From assembly GCA_040218735.1 (NCBI GenBank), contig JAVJQW010000007.1:64001-128000 (forward strand): a stretch of 64,000 nucleotides of DNA, read 5' to 3'. Each line of letters opens with the position of its first letter. Positions within the stretch are counted from its first letter, which is position 1. This DNA comes from Deltaproteobacteria bacterium (GTDB taxonomy: Bacteria > Myxococcota > Kuafuiibacteriia > Kuafuiibacteriales > Kuafuiibacteriaceae). Below are positions 1 through 8,614 of the stretch, one piece after another. The translations under genes and the position numbers were made by a program. Under the pieces are notes generated by a model, which made no database searches, was not told the DNA's origin, and worked only from the letters and a program-made list of their open reading frames with translations.

Positions 1-98
1 TGGGCCCCGACGTCGGCTTGGGGCTCCGTGTCGGTCTTGGCCGCCACCTCGGTGCCGTTCGTCGAAGAGACGCCGGTGTGGCGTGGGTCGAGCTTCAT
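1..98 (-). CDS. 5' part of a gene running off the left edge (MKLDPRHTGVSSTNGTEVAAKTDTEPQADVGA...), unknown product
   Basis: ATG at 98-96 overlaps the TGA of the 95..523 ORF (ATGA coupling); frame is open to the window edge. Confidence 0.55.
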   Translation of the reverse strand, partial: MKLDPRHTGVSSTNGTEVAAKTDTEPQADVGA

Positions 99-523
99 CG
101 TCGACCTCGCTTGGGACGCAACGCGAGCCGCACCGAGATGGCGTCGTCGTCCATCAAGTAGCGTCGGATGAAACGATCGAGGAGGGCACGGTCGCCGAGC
201 GCGAGGGGCTGTGGTCCCTCGAACGGGACCTCCGTTTCTCCGGTGAGGCGAAGGGCTTCGGTGCCGCTCACGAGGACGGCTGCGCTGTGGCGGCTCGGAA
301 CCTCGGCGCGGTAGGACGCACCGCACGACTCGTCGACGAAGCGCCGTCCGTCGTCGCCGTCGAAGTCGATCGACCACCACTGGATGTGGTCCAGTAGGTG
401 GACCCCGACACAGAGGCTCCCGCGGAGCGCCGACGGGGCCGGATCGGCCGCGACGACCGCGTCGAGCGCCCCGAGGCAGGGCACCGGCGTCGACGTGCAG
501 TCCGAGTGTGCCATTTGACCCAT
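95..523 (-). CDS. Hypothetical protein, possibly SCP2/sterol-carrier-like fold
   Basis: 142-aa ORF coupled to the next gene; WWSIDF strand and C-terminal 'LGDRALLDRF' loosely resemble SCP2 domains; weak. Confidence 0.5.
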   Translation of the reverse strand: MGQMAHSDCTSTPVPCLGALDAVVAADPAPSALRGSLCVGVHLLDHIQWWSIDFDGDDGRRFVDESCGASYRAEVPSRHSAAVLVSGTEALRLTGETEVPFEGPQPLALGDRALLDRFIRRYLMDDDAISVRLALRPKRGRR

Positions 524-612
524 CGCTGGTACGGGTTATCGACGACGGCGCTGAAGTGTGACGTCGATCTGTCAGGTAATCTCAGCGGAGGCTGAAGTCC
601 GTGGGGCCGCGG

Positions 613-1353
613 TCAGATCGCCCGCATCATCACCCTCTCCCTAACCGGCGGCTCCTCCCCCGTGATCGTCACGTCCAGCATCCCGCCCCGGATCCGCGTC
701 CCCGTGTGCTGAAACGCTACCTCCGCGAGGCACCGGCTCCACCCGTCCAGCCACAGCGCGAGCTCGTGGCGCTGGGATTCGCTCCCCGTACAGACCACCC
801 ACAGGTCGACGTCGCTGCTCGGTCCCGCCGAGCCCGACTCGACGCTGCCGTAGATGAAGACCTTGTCCACGCCGAAGCGCTCCCGATCGAGCTCCTCCGC
901 GAGCCGTTCGACGAAGCGGCTGCGCCAGCCCCAGTGGTCACCGGTCGCGCCGATGCGACCGTGGCTCAGCTCCTGCTGCTTCCATTCGAGATATTCGCCG
1001 AGGCGCCCCGCGATACAGCGGAGCAGCTCGTGCTCTTCGGGCAGGAACGGATCTCCTTCGCCTCCCCAGGCGACATCCGCGATCGTGATCGTCCCGAGGC
1101 GCGCGCCGAACGCGAGCAACGGCGCCTCCATCGCGTGCGTGTCGACGAAGCCCGGGTGCTCGTAGCTCCGGCCGAGGTAGCGGATGCGCGCGCGCGTCGA
1201 TTCGGGGCGTTGCCACCCGTCCGGGATGGCGGCGAGCGTCGCCTCGAAGACGGTCGCGGGGACCTCGTCGCGCTGCGCCGTCGCGCTCCCGACGCGGTAC
1301 AGGCAGCGCAGCTCCTTCGCGCGCTCGCGGAGGCTGTGGAGCTCGCCCGACAT
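613..1353 (-). CDS. GAF-like sensory domain fused to a pol-beta superfamily nucleotidyltransferase domain
   Basis: N-terminal 'LRERAKELRCLY...AIPDGWQRP...PFLPEEHELL' GAF-like segment; C-terminal NTase signature 'FIYGSVESGSAGPSSDVDL' with a later 'LDV' third Asp; start ATG 1353 preferred over 1371. Confidence 0.8.
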   Translation of the reverse strand: MSGELHSLRERAKELRCLYRVGSATAQRDEVPATVFEATLAAIPDGWQRPESTRARIRYLGRSYEHPGFVDTHAMEAPLLAFGARLGTITIADVAWGGEGDPFLPEEHELLRCIAGRLGEYLEWKQQELSHGRIGATGDHWGWRSRFVERLAEELDRERFGVDKVFIYGSVESGSAGPSSDVDLWVVCTGSESQRHELALWLDGWSRCLAEVAFQHTGTRIRGGMLDVTITGEEPPVRERVMMRAI

Positions 1354-1412
1354 CGAGGTCGAGCACAGCACGAGCGGTGCATCTCGAAAAGGGCGAGCTC
1401 CGCGCTTCGTGG

Positions 1413-2000
1413 CTAGAAGTCACCCTCCCGCACGTAGGGCACGCTCCACAGGGTGACCTGCAGGAGCACGGACTTGCGCCAAGCCTCCTGCATCGCGTCG
1501 ACCACCTCCTTCGGCTCGCCGCTCTTCTCCAGGAACGGCCGCAGCGTCTGCACGATGGGTTGGATCAAAGGCACCAGGTACCGGAACGGAACGAGGGCTG
1601 TGCTCTCGACGCCGTCCGTACGGTTCTTGCCGACCCGGTGGTGCCGGCGACCGATCTCGAGCTGCTGGCGGAGCCAGGGCTCGTCGTAGCGCGCGTCGGC
1701 GGTGTCGGCGATCCAGCGGCCGAAGCGCGCGCGGACGCGCGCGAGGTAGTCCGCGTTGGGAGCGCCACCGTTCGGAGCGCTGAACTGCGCGAGGAGGAAG
1801 GGCTTGGACCCCACGAAGCCGTACCACACGTCGAGGATCTGCTCGGTCTGCGGTTCGAGGATCGCCCGGGATCGCCGGAGCGCCTCGACGTCTTCGTCGG
1901 TGAAGAGCGCCGTCTCCTTCATGGCCTCCAGCTCCTCCAGCCCAATGGGCGCGGGCGGCAGTCGGGCGTCTTGTTTGTCGTAGTAACCGGGGATCGTCAT
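1413..2000 (-). CDS. Protoglobin (single-domain heme globin)
   Basis: 195 aa colinear with archaeal-type protoglobin: IPGY N-terminus, 'ILDVWYGFVGS' (B9 Trp/B10 Tyr), 'EIGRRHHR' (proximal His), C-terminal 'LWSVPYVREGDF'; AGGAG RBS upstream. Confidence 0.95.
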   Translation of the reverse strand: MTIPGYYDKQDARLPPAPIGLEELEAMKETALFTDEDVEALRRSRAILEPQTEQILDVWYGFVGSKPFLLAQFSAPNGGAPNADYLARVRARFGRWIADTADARYDEPWLRQQLEIGRRHHRVGKNRTDGVESTALVPFRYLVPLIQPIVQTLRPFLEKSGEPKEVVDAMQEAWRKSVLLQVTLWSVPYVREGDF

Positions 2001-2016
2001 CTCATCTCCTTGTTTG

Positions 2017-2095
2017 GTGTCGACTCGATATGATATCGACTCGATACCAATTGATCGAAGAGAGGGCGGTTGTCCAGAGGGTGTCGACTCGATAC
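2017..2095. promoter_or_regulatory. Three copies of a pseudo-palindromic operator RTRTCGA-C-TCGATAY, likely MarR binding sites
   Basis: GTGTCGACTCGATAT 2017-2031, ATATCGACTCGATAC 2033-2047, GTGTCGACTCGATAC 2081-2095, in the divergent protoglobin/MarR intergenic region. Confidence 0.8.
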
Positions 2096-2104
2096 GATGT
2101 GCCC

Positions 2105-2695
2105 GTGCGGGGTACCTCGGAGGAGCGCCTTCATCTGGCGGTCGAGCGCATCAGCTCGCTGTTTCGCGCCGAGCTTCGCGAGGCAGCGTCGGCGCGAGGC
2201 CTCAAGCTCGTGCAGCTCGAGGCGCTCGTGTACCTGGCGATGGCCAATCGCTACAGCGACACGTCGAGCGCGGTCGCGGAGTACCTCGCCATTACGAAGG
2301 GGACGGCGAGCCAGACGCTCAACGCGCTGGAGCGGCGTGGTCTGATGACCCGCGTCCCCGACGCCGAGGATGGCCGGGTCGTTCACTGTCGGCTGACCGA
2401 CGAGGGGAACGCGGTCGCGGACGACGCGTTTCCGACGCCGCATCTTCGGAGCTTGGCGCCGCCCGATCGACGGGACGCGGTCGAGGCGGCGGCGGTCGAG
2501 CTCCTCCGCACGCTCCAGGCGGGAAGAGGCTACCGAACCTTCGGCCAGTGCCGGACCTGCGCGATGTTCGAGCGGCGCGGGTCGCGGTTTCGTTGCGGGC
2601 TGACGCAGGAGCGGTTGAGCACGCCCGACTCCCTCCGCATCTGCCGCGAACACACGACCGAGTCAGCGGGCGCCTCAACGCTACGGAACGAGTAG
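2105..2695 (+). CDS. MarR-family regulator with C-terminal four-Cys motif
   Basis: wHTH 'AVAEYLAITKGTASQTLNALERRGLMTRVPDAEDGRVVHCRLTDEG'; C-terminal 'CRTC...CGL...ICREH'; start GTG 2099 or 2105 uncertain. Confidence 0.9.
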   Translation: MRGTSEERLHLAVERISSLFRAELREAASARGLKLVQLEALVYLAMANRYSDTSSAVAEYLAITKGTASQTLNALERRGLMTRVPDAEDGRVVHCRLTDEGNAVADDAFPTPHLRSLAPPDRRDAVEAAAVELLRTLQAGRGYRTFGQCRTCAMFERRGSRFRCGLTQERLSTPDSLRICREHTTESAGASTLRNE

Positions 2696-5026
2696 CTCGG
2701 TCTCGACCAACGTGTACGCGACGAACGCCGCGACGCGGTCGTCGACGCCCTTGGCCTTCGTGAGCTGCGAGAGGCGTTTCCCTGCGGCGAGGCGGTCGGC
2801 GAGCTTCCGCTGCGCTTCCGTCAGCGCGAGCGCGTCGATCTCCCGCTCGAACATCCCCGCCGGACGAAACGCGGTCTCCCAGTGCCGTTTCTTCACGCGT
2901 TGCACGAGGTCGAGCGGGTGGAACGCCTTGCTCACCATCGGCATCACGAGGCTCGCGAGGCTCGACGCAAACGGGCGCGCGCCGTTCATCTCGACGCTCG
3001 AATCGAGGAAGACGTCGCCGGCCTCCCACGCGAACATGTCGATGAGCTTCTCGCGCTCGACCGCCGAAGCGTACGCGTCGAGGTTCGTCGCGAGACGTGC
3101 GCTCGCGACCTCGCTCAACCCGCGGTCGAGCTGCACCGCCTTGTGCACGATCTCTTCGAGCATCCCCTTCGGCACGAGCCGCTTCGACACCAGCAACGTG
3201 GGGAGCTGCAGCGACTCCTCGTTCGCGTACGCCGCGACGGGGCGCCCGTTCACGACGTCGAGCTCGCGGAAGTCGAACCGGCGGTAGCCGTGACACCGGA
3301 CGTAGAGCCGCCCCGTCACGCGCCGACGCGACAGGTCCGCGAAGACCCGCGCCATCGACGAGCTGTGGAGCTGCGCGATCAGGTGGTTCGGCGCGAGCTC
3401 GAAGTGTTCGTCGTCGCGCGTGAACGTCGTCTGCCCGGTGAGCTCCGCGTAGCGTTGGAGCGTCACCCACCGGCGCTGGTCCGCGGTGATCTTCGAGTCG
3501 CCGCTCATGCGCGCGAACGCCTCCGCCTGGAAGATGCGCTGCGCCTGGTCCAACGACACCGGCCCGACCACCGTCCCCTCGTGGTCCTGCAACCAGAACG
3601 GGTGCGGCCCCTCGTAGACCTGATTGATCCCGTACGAGCTCCAGCGGTTCTTCGCCATGTCGGCGATCTGCGCGGAGTGCCGGCGGATATCGAGGCCGGC
3701 GAGCAAGCTCTCTTGCGGGACGACCACGTCGGCGGTGGTCGACTCCTTCGCGGCGTCGGCCGCGGCGGTCCCGACCAATCGCTCGAGGTCCAACGCCTCC
3801 TCGTCCGGCGTCGGAAGATCCGCTGTGCCCGCCTTCTCGGGCTTGCCGACCATGATGCGCACGCCGGGCGGCAGGTCCGGCAGCGGCGTCACCTCGCGCA
3901 TCCCGGGACGCGGACGCGGGAACCCCGGCTCCTGCGGCGAACCCGCCTCCGACTCCTCGAAGGCCAGCGCCATCTCTTCGTCGTCGGGGGGCGCCTCGGG
4001 CGTCGACGCTTCCGGGGTGTTGCCGTGGCTGTCGAAGCTCGCGGGCGTCGCGCTCGACCCGGTCTTCTTGATCGGCTCCGCGACGCGCGCGGCTTCGCGG
4101 TCGCCGAGGAAGACCTCCAGCACCTCGCGGACCTTCTCGCGGTGCACCGGCGCGAAGTCTTCGTAGAGGACCTGCAGGAGCCTGGAGCGGAGCTCTCCGG
4201 CTGACTCGATTCGGTCGTCGCGCTCCGGCTGCAAGGCAGCTTGCAAGATCGTGTCGAGCTTCTCCGGAACGTCCTTGCGGATCTTCGAAGCGAGCGGCCG
4301 CTCGCCGTCGACGATCATCTTCATCGTCTCGAAGTCCGACTTGTGCGCGAAGAGGCGGCGCTGCGTGAGGCACTCCCAGAGCACCACGCCCGCGGCGAAC
4401 ACGTCGGCGCGCCCGTCGATCTCCAGGATGTGGAGCTGCTCGGGCGCCATGTAAGCGACCTTGCCCTTCATCTGGCCGGTGCGCGTCTGCGCCTGGAGCG
4501 TGTCGTCGCGCGCGACGCCGAAGTCGCCGAGCTTCACGTCCCCGAGGTGCGACAGGAAGATGTTCGAAGGGGTGACGTCCCGGTGCACGAGGTTGCGCGG
4601 TTGGCCCGCGTCGTCGACGAGCCCGTGCGCGTACGCCAGCCCGTCGAGGATCTCCGCCATACAGTGAATGGAGAACCACGGCGGGAGTCGTAGCTTTCGG
4701 CGCGACGCGGAGCGCAGCACGAACCGCAGGTCGGTCCCGCGCACGTACTCCATCACCATGAACAGCTCGCCGGTGTCCTCGACCTCCTCGAGCTCGAACA
4801 CCTGCACCACGTTCTTGTGGTTCACGGACGCCGCGATCTTCGCCTCGCGAACGAACATCTCCACGAACGCCTTGGTCTTCGCGAAGTGCGGGAGGATGCG
4901 TTTGATGACGACGGTCTTCTCGAACCCCGCCGCACCCGGCCGGCGCGCGCGGAAGACCTGCGCCATCCCGCCCTCGCCGAGCTTCTCCACCAGCTCGTAC
5001 TTGCCGAGCCGCTCTGCAGGAGCCAT
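2681..5026 (-). CDS. Hanks-type Ser/Thr protein kinase with C-terminal GYF-like and DUF4388-like regions
   Basis: LGEGGMAQV, VIKRI, HRDVTPSN, DFG and YMAPE motifs; acidic/Pro linker; 'WLQDHEGTVVGPVS' GYF_2-like segment. Confidence 0.93.
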   Translation of the reverse strand: MAPAERLGKYELVEKLGEGGMAQVFRARRPGAAGFEKTVVIKRILPHFAKTKAFVEMFVREAKIAASVNHKNVVQVFELEEVEDTGELFMVMEYVRGTDLRFVLRSASRRKLRLPPWFSIHCMAEILDGLAYAHGLVDDAGQPRNLVHRDVTPSNIFLSHLGDVKLGDFGVARDDTLQAQTRTGQMKGKVAYMAPEQLHILEIDGRADVFAAGVVLWECLTQRRLFAHKSDFETMKMIVDGERPLASKIRKDVPEKLDTILQAALQPERDDRIESAGELRSRLLQVLYEDFAPVHREKVREVLEVFLGDREAARVAEPIKKTGSSATPASFDSHGNTPEASTPEAPPDDEEMALAFEESEAGSPQEPGFPRPRPGMREVTPLPDLPPGVRIMVGKPEKAGTADLPTPDEEALDLERLVGTAAADAAKESTTADVVVPQESLLAGLDIRRHSAQIADMAKNRWSSYGINQVYEGPHPFWLQDHEGTVVGPVSLDQAQRIFQAEAFARMSGDSKITADQRRWVTLQRYAELTGQTTFTRDDEHFELAPNHLIAQLHSSSMARVFADLSRRRVTGRLYVRCHGYRRFDFRELDVVNGRPVAAYANEESLQLPTLLVSKRLVPKGMLEEIVHKAVQLDRGLSEVASARLATNLDAYASAVEREKLIDMFAWEAGDVFLDSSVEMNGARPFASSLASLVMPMVSKAFHPLDLVQRVKKRHWETAFRPAGMFEREIDALALTEAQRKLADRLAAGKRLSQLTKAKGVDDRVAAFVAYTLVETELLVP

Positions 5027-5104
5027 CCCCCGATACCCCCGGCCCCGCGATGGGACCGCTCTCTGGTCTAATACGCCTTTGCCTCTCTGGCCAGCGACAC
5101 GCGG

Positions 5105-7090
5105 TCAGAGCTCGAGATCACGCCGAGCCACTTCGAGCACCCGACGTCCGGTGACGTCGGCGGACCGAGCCGCCGCCGGGGCGATCGTGTGTAGCGCTTC
5201 GTAGGCGGCCGCCGCTACGGCATCGTTCGGATCCGCGAGCGCGTTAGACAGCGCCGGGACGGCTCGAGGTGCAGCGAGTCGTCCGAGCGACCGACACGCC
5301 TCCCAGCGGACCAGGGGGACCTCGTCGTCGGCCGCGACGACGAGGGGCTGGAGCGCCGCCTCGTCCGCCGAGTCGCCGAGCGCGAACACGGCGCCGCCGC
5401 GGACGTGGGCGTCGTCGTGAAGGCTCCACGCGCCGAGCAGATCGATCGCCCAGGGGCTCGCGTTCGCGAGTTGGCGCAGCGCCCCGTCCCGGCTTCGAAG
5501 CTCCAACGCGGCGAGCCAGTTCAACGTGACACGTTCGGCGATCGGATCCGCGAAGGTCACGAGCGCGCGCGCGAGTCGCGTCGACGCATCGAGGACGAAG
5601 GGGTCGGTCCCCTCGTCCGCGCGGGTGTGTTTCAGCCACTGCCCGAGCTCCACCGGATCCGTGGCGTGGCCCCAACGCGTCAACACGTGCAGGAACATGG
5701 CGCCCGTCGCAGCGGCGAGCTTTCGGCTCGAAGGGGGACGCTGGACCAGCTCCTTGCGGAGGTCTTCGACGATGGTCACGAGCAGTGGCGCCGCCGAGGG
5801 CGCGTCGAGCTTCGTGATCGCCAAGGCGGCGGCCCCCGAGAGTGAACGCGGATCGATGTGGGTGACCAGGCCCCGTTCCAGTCGGCCGAAGTGCGAGGCC
5901 AGACCGCGTTCGAACGCCTCGATCAGGGGGACGGCGATATTCGACGCGCCCAGCTTGCCCAGCCCCTCCGCCGCGGCGGCCGCGACCTCCACGCTCGGAT
6001 CCACGAGCGCCCGAGTCAGCGCCGTGATGCTTCCCTTCGCCTGGACGTTTCCGAGCAGCGTCGCGGCATTCCTACGCACGTCTTCGTCCTCGGAGGTCAG
6101 GAGGGGGACCGCGGCGTCGGCTGCTTCCTCGGACGGCCACCCTGCGAAGGCCTCCGCGATGTTCTGTCGCCTCGAACCGAACGGAAGACCCGGCGAGACG
6201 AGGGCATCGACGAGCGCGCGCGCCGCCTGCGGCGTGCCGATCCGACGCAGCCCGGTCACGAGCCGCTCGTAGCGCAACATCCCGGTCCGACGACCGAGCA
6301 GGTGGACGAGCGACGGGAGCGCCGCTTCGGGAGGGGCGTCGCAGACGGCGTCGATCGCCGCCGTGGGGATCGCGTCGTCGTGCTCCAGCGCGCGTTCGAG
6401 GTGCGGGAGCACGAGCTGCGCACCTTCCGATCCGAGCCATGCCCACGCTCGGGCGTCGACGTTCGCCATCCCGTCGGAGCCGGACCCCAGGGCGTCCCGT
6501 AGGATGGCAAGGCGCTCTTCGTGCCAAGCGGGCCGGTGGCGGTTCGATACCTCGATCGTGCGGTGCGGCTCCTCCACGAGCCTCGGCGGCTCGAATGCCC
6601 CCGGCCGTTCGACGGAATAGAGCCCCCGGGCATGACACTCCACGAGTGCCGCGAGGAACGATTCGAGGTCGCTCATCACGCACTCCGGTGGCTCGGGCCC
6701 CGTGGTCAGGAGGATCTGGCCGCGGCGCTCGCTCTCCCCGCAATCGAGCGAGTACTCGATGTCGTAGTTCCCGAAGAGCGGAAACAGCGTGTCGGGCCGT
6801 GCCGTCGAATCCTCCCCGTAGTCGCGTAGCCAGCGTCGACGGCGCCGAAGGGCGGTGCCTATGGAGAACGGTGTGCCCCTCGGAAAGACCTCTCCGTCCA
6901 AGGTGCCGGGACACCCATCCTGCGCGGTGAACCAAGTGATCAAGTTGGGTGGTGCGTGGAACGGGAGCCCTCCCAGCGCGACCTCGACGTCCGCACGCCG
7001 CAAGCCGGCTTGCCAAGTCGCAGCCGCGCTCCATTCGAGGCGATGAAGGTACCAGCGAAGCTCGGAGACCAACGCGGCGATGCGGTCCAC
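5105..7090 (-). CDS. SMI1/KNR4 (SUKH) domain plus HEAT-repeat protein
   Basis: N-terminal 'GLRRADVEVALGGLPFHAPPNLITWFTAQDG...LFPLF...YSLDC...MSDLESFL'; repeated 'VRRNAATLLG', 'VRGGAVFALG', 'VRWEACRSLG' HEAT units. Confidence 0.8.
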   Translation of the reverse strand: MDRIAALVSELRWYLHRLEWSAAATWQAGLRRADVEVALGGLPFHAPPNLITWFTAQDGCPGTLDGEVFPRGTPFSIGTALRRRRRWLRDYGEDSTARPDTLFPLFGNYDIEYSLDCGESERRGQILLTTGPEPPECVMSDLESFLAALVECHARGLYSVERPGAFEPPRLVEEPHRTIEVSNRHRPAWHEERLAILRDALGSGSDGMANVDARAWAWLGSEGAQLVLPHLERALEHDDAIPTAAIDAVCDAPPEAALPSLVHLLGRRTGMLRYERLVTGLRRIGTPQAARALVDALVSPGLPFGSRRQNIAEAFAGWPSEEAADAAVPLLTSEDEDVRRNAATLLGNVQAKGSITALTRALVDPSVEVAAAAAEGLGKLGASNIAVPLIEAFERGLASHFGRLERGLVTHIDPRSLSGAAALAITKLDAPSAAPLLVTIVEDLRKELVQRPPSSRKLAAATGAMFLHVLTRWGHATDPVELGQWLKHTRADEGTDPFVLDASTRLARALVTFADPIAERVTLNWLAALELRSRDGALRQLANASPWAIDLLGAWSLHDDAHVRGGAVFALGDSADEAALQPLVVAADDEVPLVRWEACRSLGRLAAPRAVPALSNALADPNDAVAAAAYEALHTIAPAAARSADVTGRRVLEVARRDLEL

Positions 7091-7121
7091 GGTCTCGCGA
7101 CGTTATCACGAGCCCAAGATG

Positions 7122-7154
7122 AAAAGGTGGGCGGCCGATCCGCTTGCGCCCACC
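7122..7154 (-). terminator. Putative intrinsic terminator downstream of the GH73-like gene
   Basis: Stem GGTGGGCG (7126-7133) / CGCCCACC (7147-7154), followed by TTTT on the minus strand. Confidence 0.55.
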
Positions 7155-7254
7155 CCTGAGCTCGCACGGATCGACCGCCCTGGTCACCACGGTTCCCGGG
7201 CGGCGGCGTCGGGGCCGCCCGAGAGGGTTTGGGATTCGGACTCGGGTCTATGGG

Positions 7255-7908
7255 TTAACGGAGTCGACGCATGAGATTGCTGACGGAACCGACCCAGTGT
7301 CGGTTGAGTTTGCCAGGGTCGTTGCGGGCACCGACCGGTGCGTACTTCGGACCAATCTGCGCGGGGGTCTTCAGACCCTTGTCGATGTAGTTGCGCTTCA
7401 GGTTGCGCGCCATCGCGTCGATGCCCTTCTCGAGCGTCGAGAAACGTTGCAGCGTCTGCCACTTCGTGCGCGGGTTCATCAACCCACCCGGGTTGTTCTT
7501 GTTGCGCACCGCCTTCGACGTGCCGTTGCCGGTCTCGTGCATCGCGATCGCGGTGAGGAGCGCGGGGTCCAGGCCGTGTTTCTTCGCCGCGTCGACGAAC
7601 GCCTGACCCTTGCCTTTGAACTTACCGCCGAGGTGTTGGTTCAGCTTCGCCGCGGTCGTGCCCGAGGACGTCTTCGTGAGCAGCCCGAGGTCACGTCCAC
7701 GGACGAGCCCCGACAGCCCCGACCACAGCCCCGCCGTCTGGATGAGCGGCGCACCGTTCGCGGCGGCGAACGCGCCGGCGCGGGTGGACATCAAGTCCGA
7801 GGCGTCGGGCGTCGCGAGCGATCGGGCGGTCGTGTCGCGGCCGGGCTCCACGGCGGTTGTGAGGGGGCGTCGGTCGACGAGGCGGGGTTCGGTTCGGCTG
7901 ACGAGCAT
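7255..7908 (-). CDS. Glucosaminidase (GH73-like, lysozyme fold) peptidoglycan hydrolase
   Basis: 'AAKKHGLDPALLTAIAMHETGNGTS...NNPGGL...FSTLEKGIDAMARNL...KYAP'; catalytic Glu in HETG; ATG 7908 with AGGAGG RBS; no obvious signal peptide. Confidence 0.85.
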   Translation of the reverse strand: MLVSRTEPRLVDRRPLTTAVEPGRDTTARSLATPDASDLMSTRAGAFAAANGAPLIQTAGLWSGLSGLVRGRDLGLLTKTSSGTTAAKLNQHLGGKFKGKGQAFVDAAKKHGLDPALLTAIAMHETGNGTSKAVRNKNNPGGLMNPRTKWQTLQRFSTLEKGIDAMARNLKRNYIDKGLKTPAQIGPKYAPVGARNDPGKLNRHWVGSVSNLMRRLR

Positions 7909-7936
7909 CAAGGTCCTCCTGGACGGTTCTGTGCGG

Positions 7937-7964
7937 TTGGACACGTCGGCCCCGCGGACCGGCA
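7937..7964 (-). promoter_or_regulatory. Putative ECF-sigma promoter TGCCG-N13-ACGTGTCCAA upstream of the GH73-like gene
   Basis: Matches the motif at 8574-8601 at 14 of 15 conserved positions with identical spacing. Confidence 0.6.
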
Positions 7965-8088
7965 ATTCGGACCCGCCCGTTTGTGTCGCCCGCCGCCGAC
8001 CGGTGGTCACTGACGAGCGGTCCAGACGGGGTGGAAAGGCCACAGGCCGTGGGCGCCCAATGCGCTTCAGCCAGGAAGGCGAACCACG

Positions 8089-8601
8089 ATGCGAGATGCA
8101 TTCAAACGCTACGGACCCCTCGTCTACCGCCGAGCGCTCACGCTCCTTCAAGACCCGCGCGAAGCGGAGGACGCGACGCAGGAGGTCTTCATCCGCGCGA
8201 TGAAGAACGAAGCGCAGTTCCGGAACGACGCGCTCGTATCCACGTGGCTGTACCGCGTGACGACCAACTACTGCCTGAACCTCATGCGCAACCGGAAGAA
8301 CCGGCGGCGCATCCTCGAGGAGCAGGTCCGCCCCGCGCAGGAGCTGTCGACGGGTCCCGAGACCAGCACCGTCGTCATGGTGCGACGCCTCCTCGCGCGC
8401 GCCGACCAACGCCAGGCGCGCGCCGCGGTCTACGTGTACATCGACGGGCTCTCGCGCGAGGAGACGGCCGAACTGCTCGACTGTTCCGTCCGCACCGTCG
8501 GCAACTTGCTCGACCGATTCAACCGTTGGGCCAGGAACGAGATCGAAGCCGAGGCAGAAAAGCCACAGCCGTGTGCCGAAATGCAGGTGTCACGTGTCTA
8601 A
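8089..8601 (+). CDS. ECF RNA polymerase sigma factor
   Basis: Region 2 'AEDATQEVFIRA...STWLYRVTTNYCLN'; region 4 'DGLSREETAELLDCSVRTV'. Confidence 0.93.
   Translation: MRDAFKRYGPLVYRRALTLLQDPREAEDATQEVFIRAMKNEAQFRNDALVSTWLYRVTTNYCLNLMRNRKNRRRILEEQVRPAQELSTGPETSTVVMVRRLLARADQRQARAAVYVYIDGLSREETAELLDCSVRTVGNLLDRFNRWARNEIEAEAEKPQPCAEMQVSRV
8574..8601 (+). promoter_or_regulatory. Putative ECF promoter TGCCG-N13-ACGTGTCTAA inside the 3' end of the sigma gene, upstream of the anti-sigma/caspase genes
   Basis: Near-identical bipartite motif to 7964-7937. Confidence 0.55.
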
Positions 8602-8614
8602 GCCGACCGAAGCC

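Noticed and set aside
613-1353. NTase as MNT antitoxin (HEPN-MNT) or CBASS CD-NTase
   Set aside because: No HEPN partner or Cap effector is adjacent, the domain is minimal without the CD-NTase helical lobe, and it is fused to a GAF-like domain.
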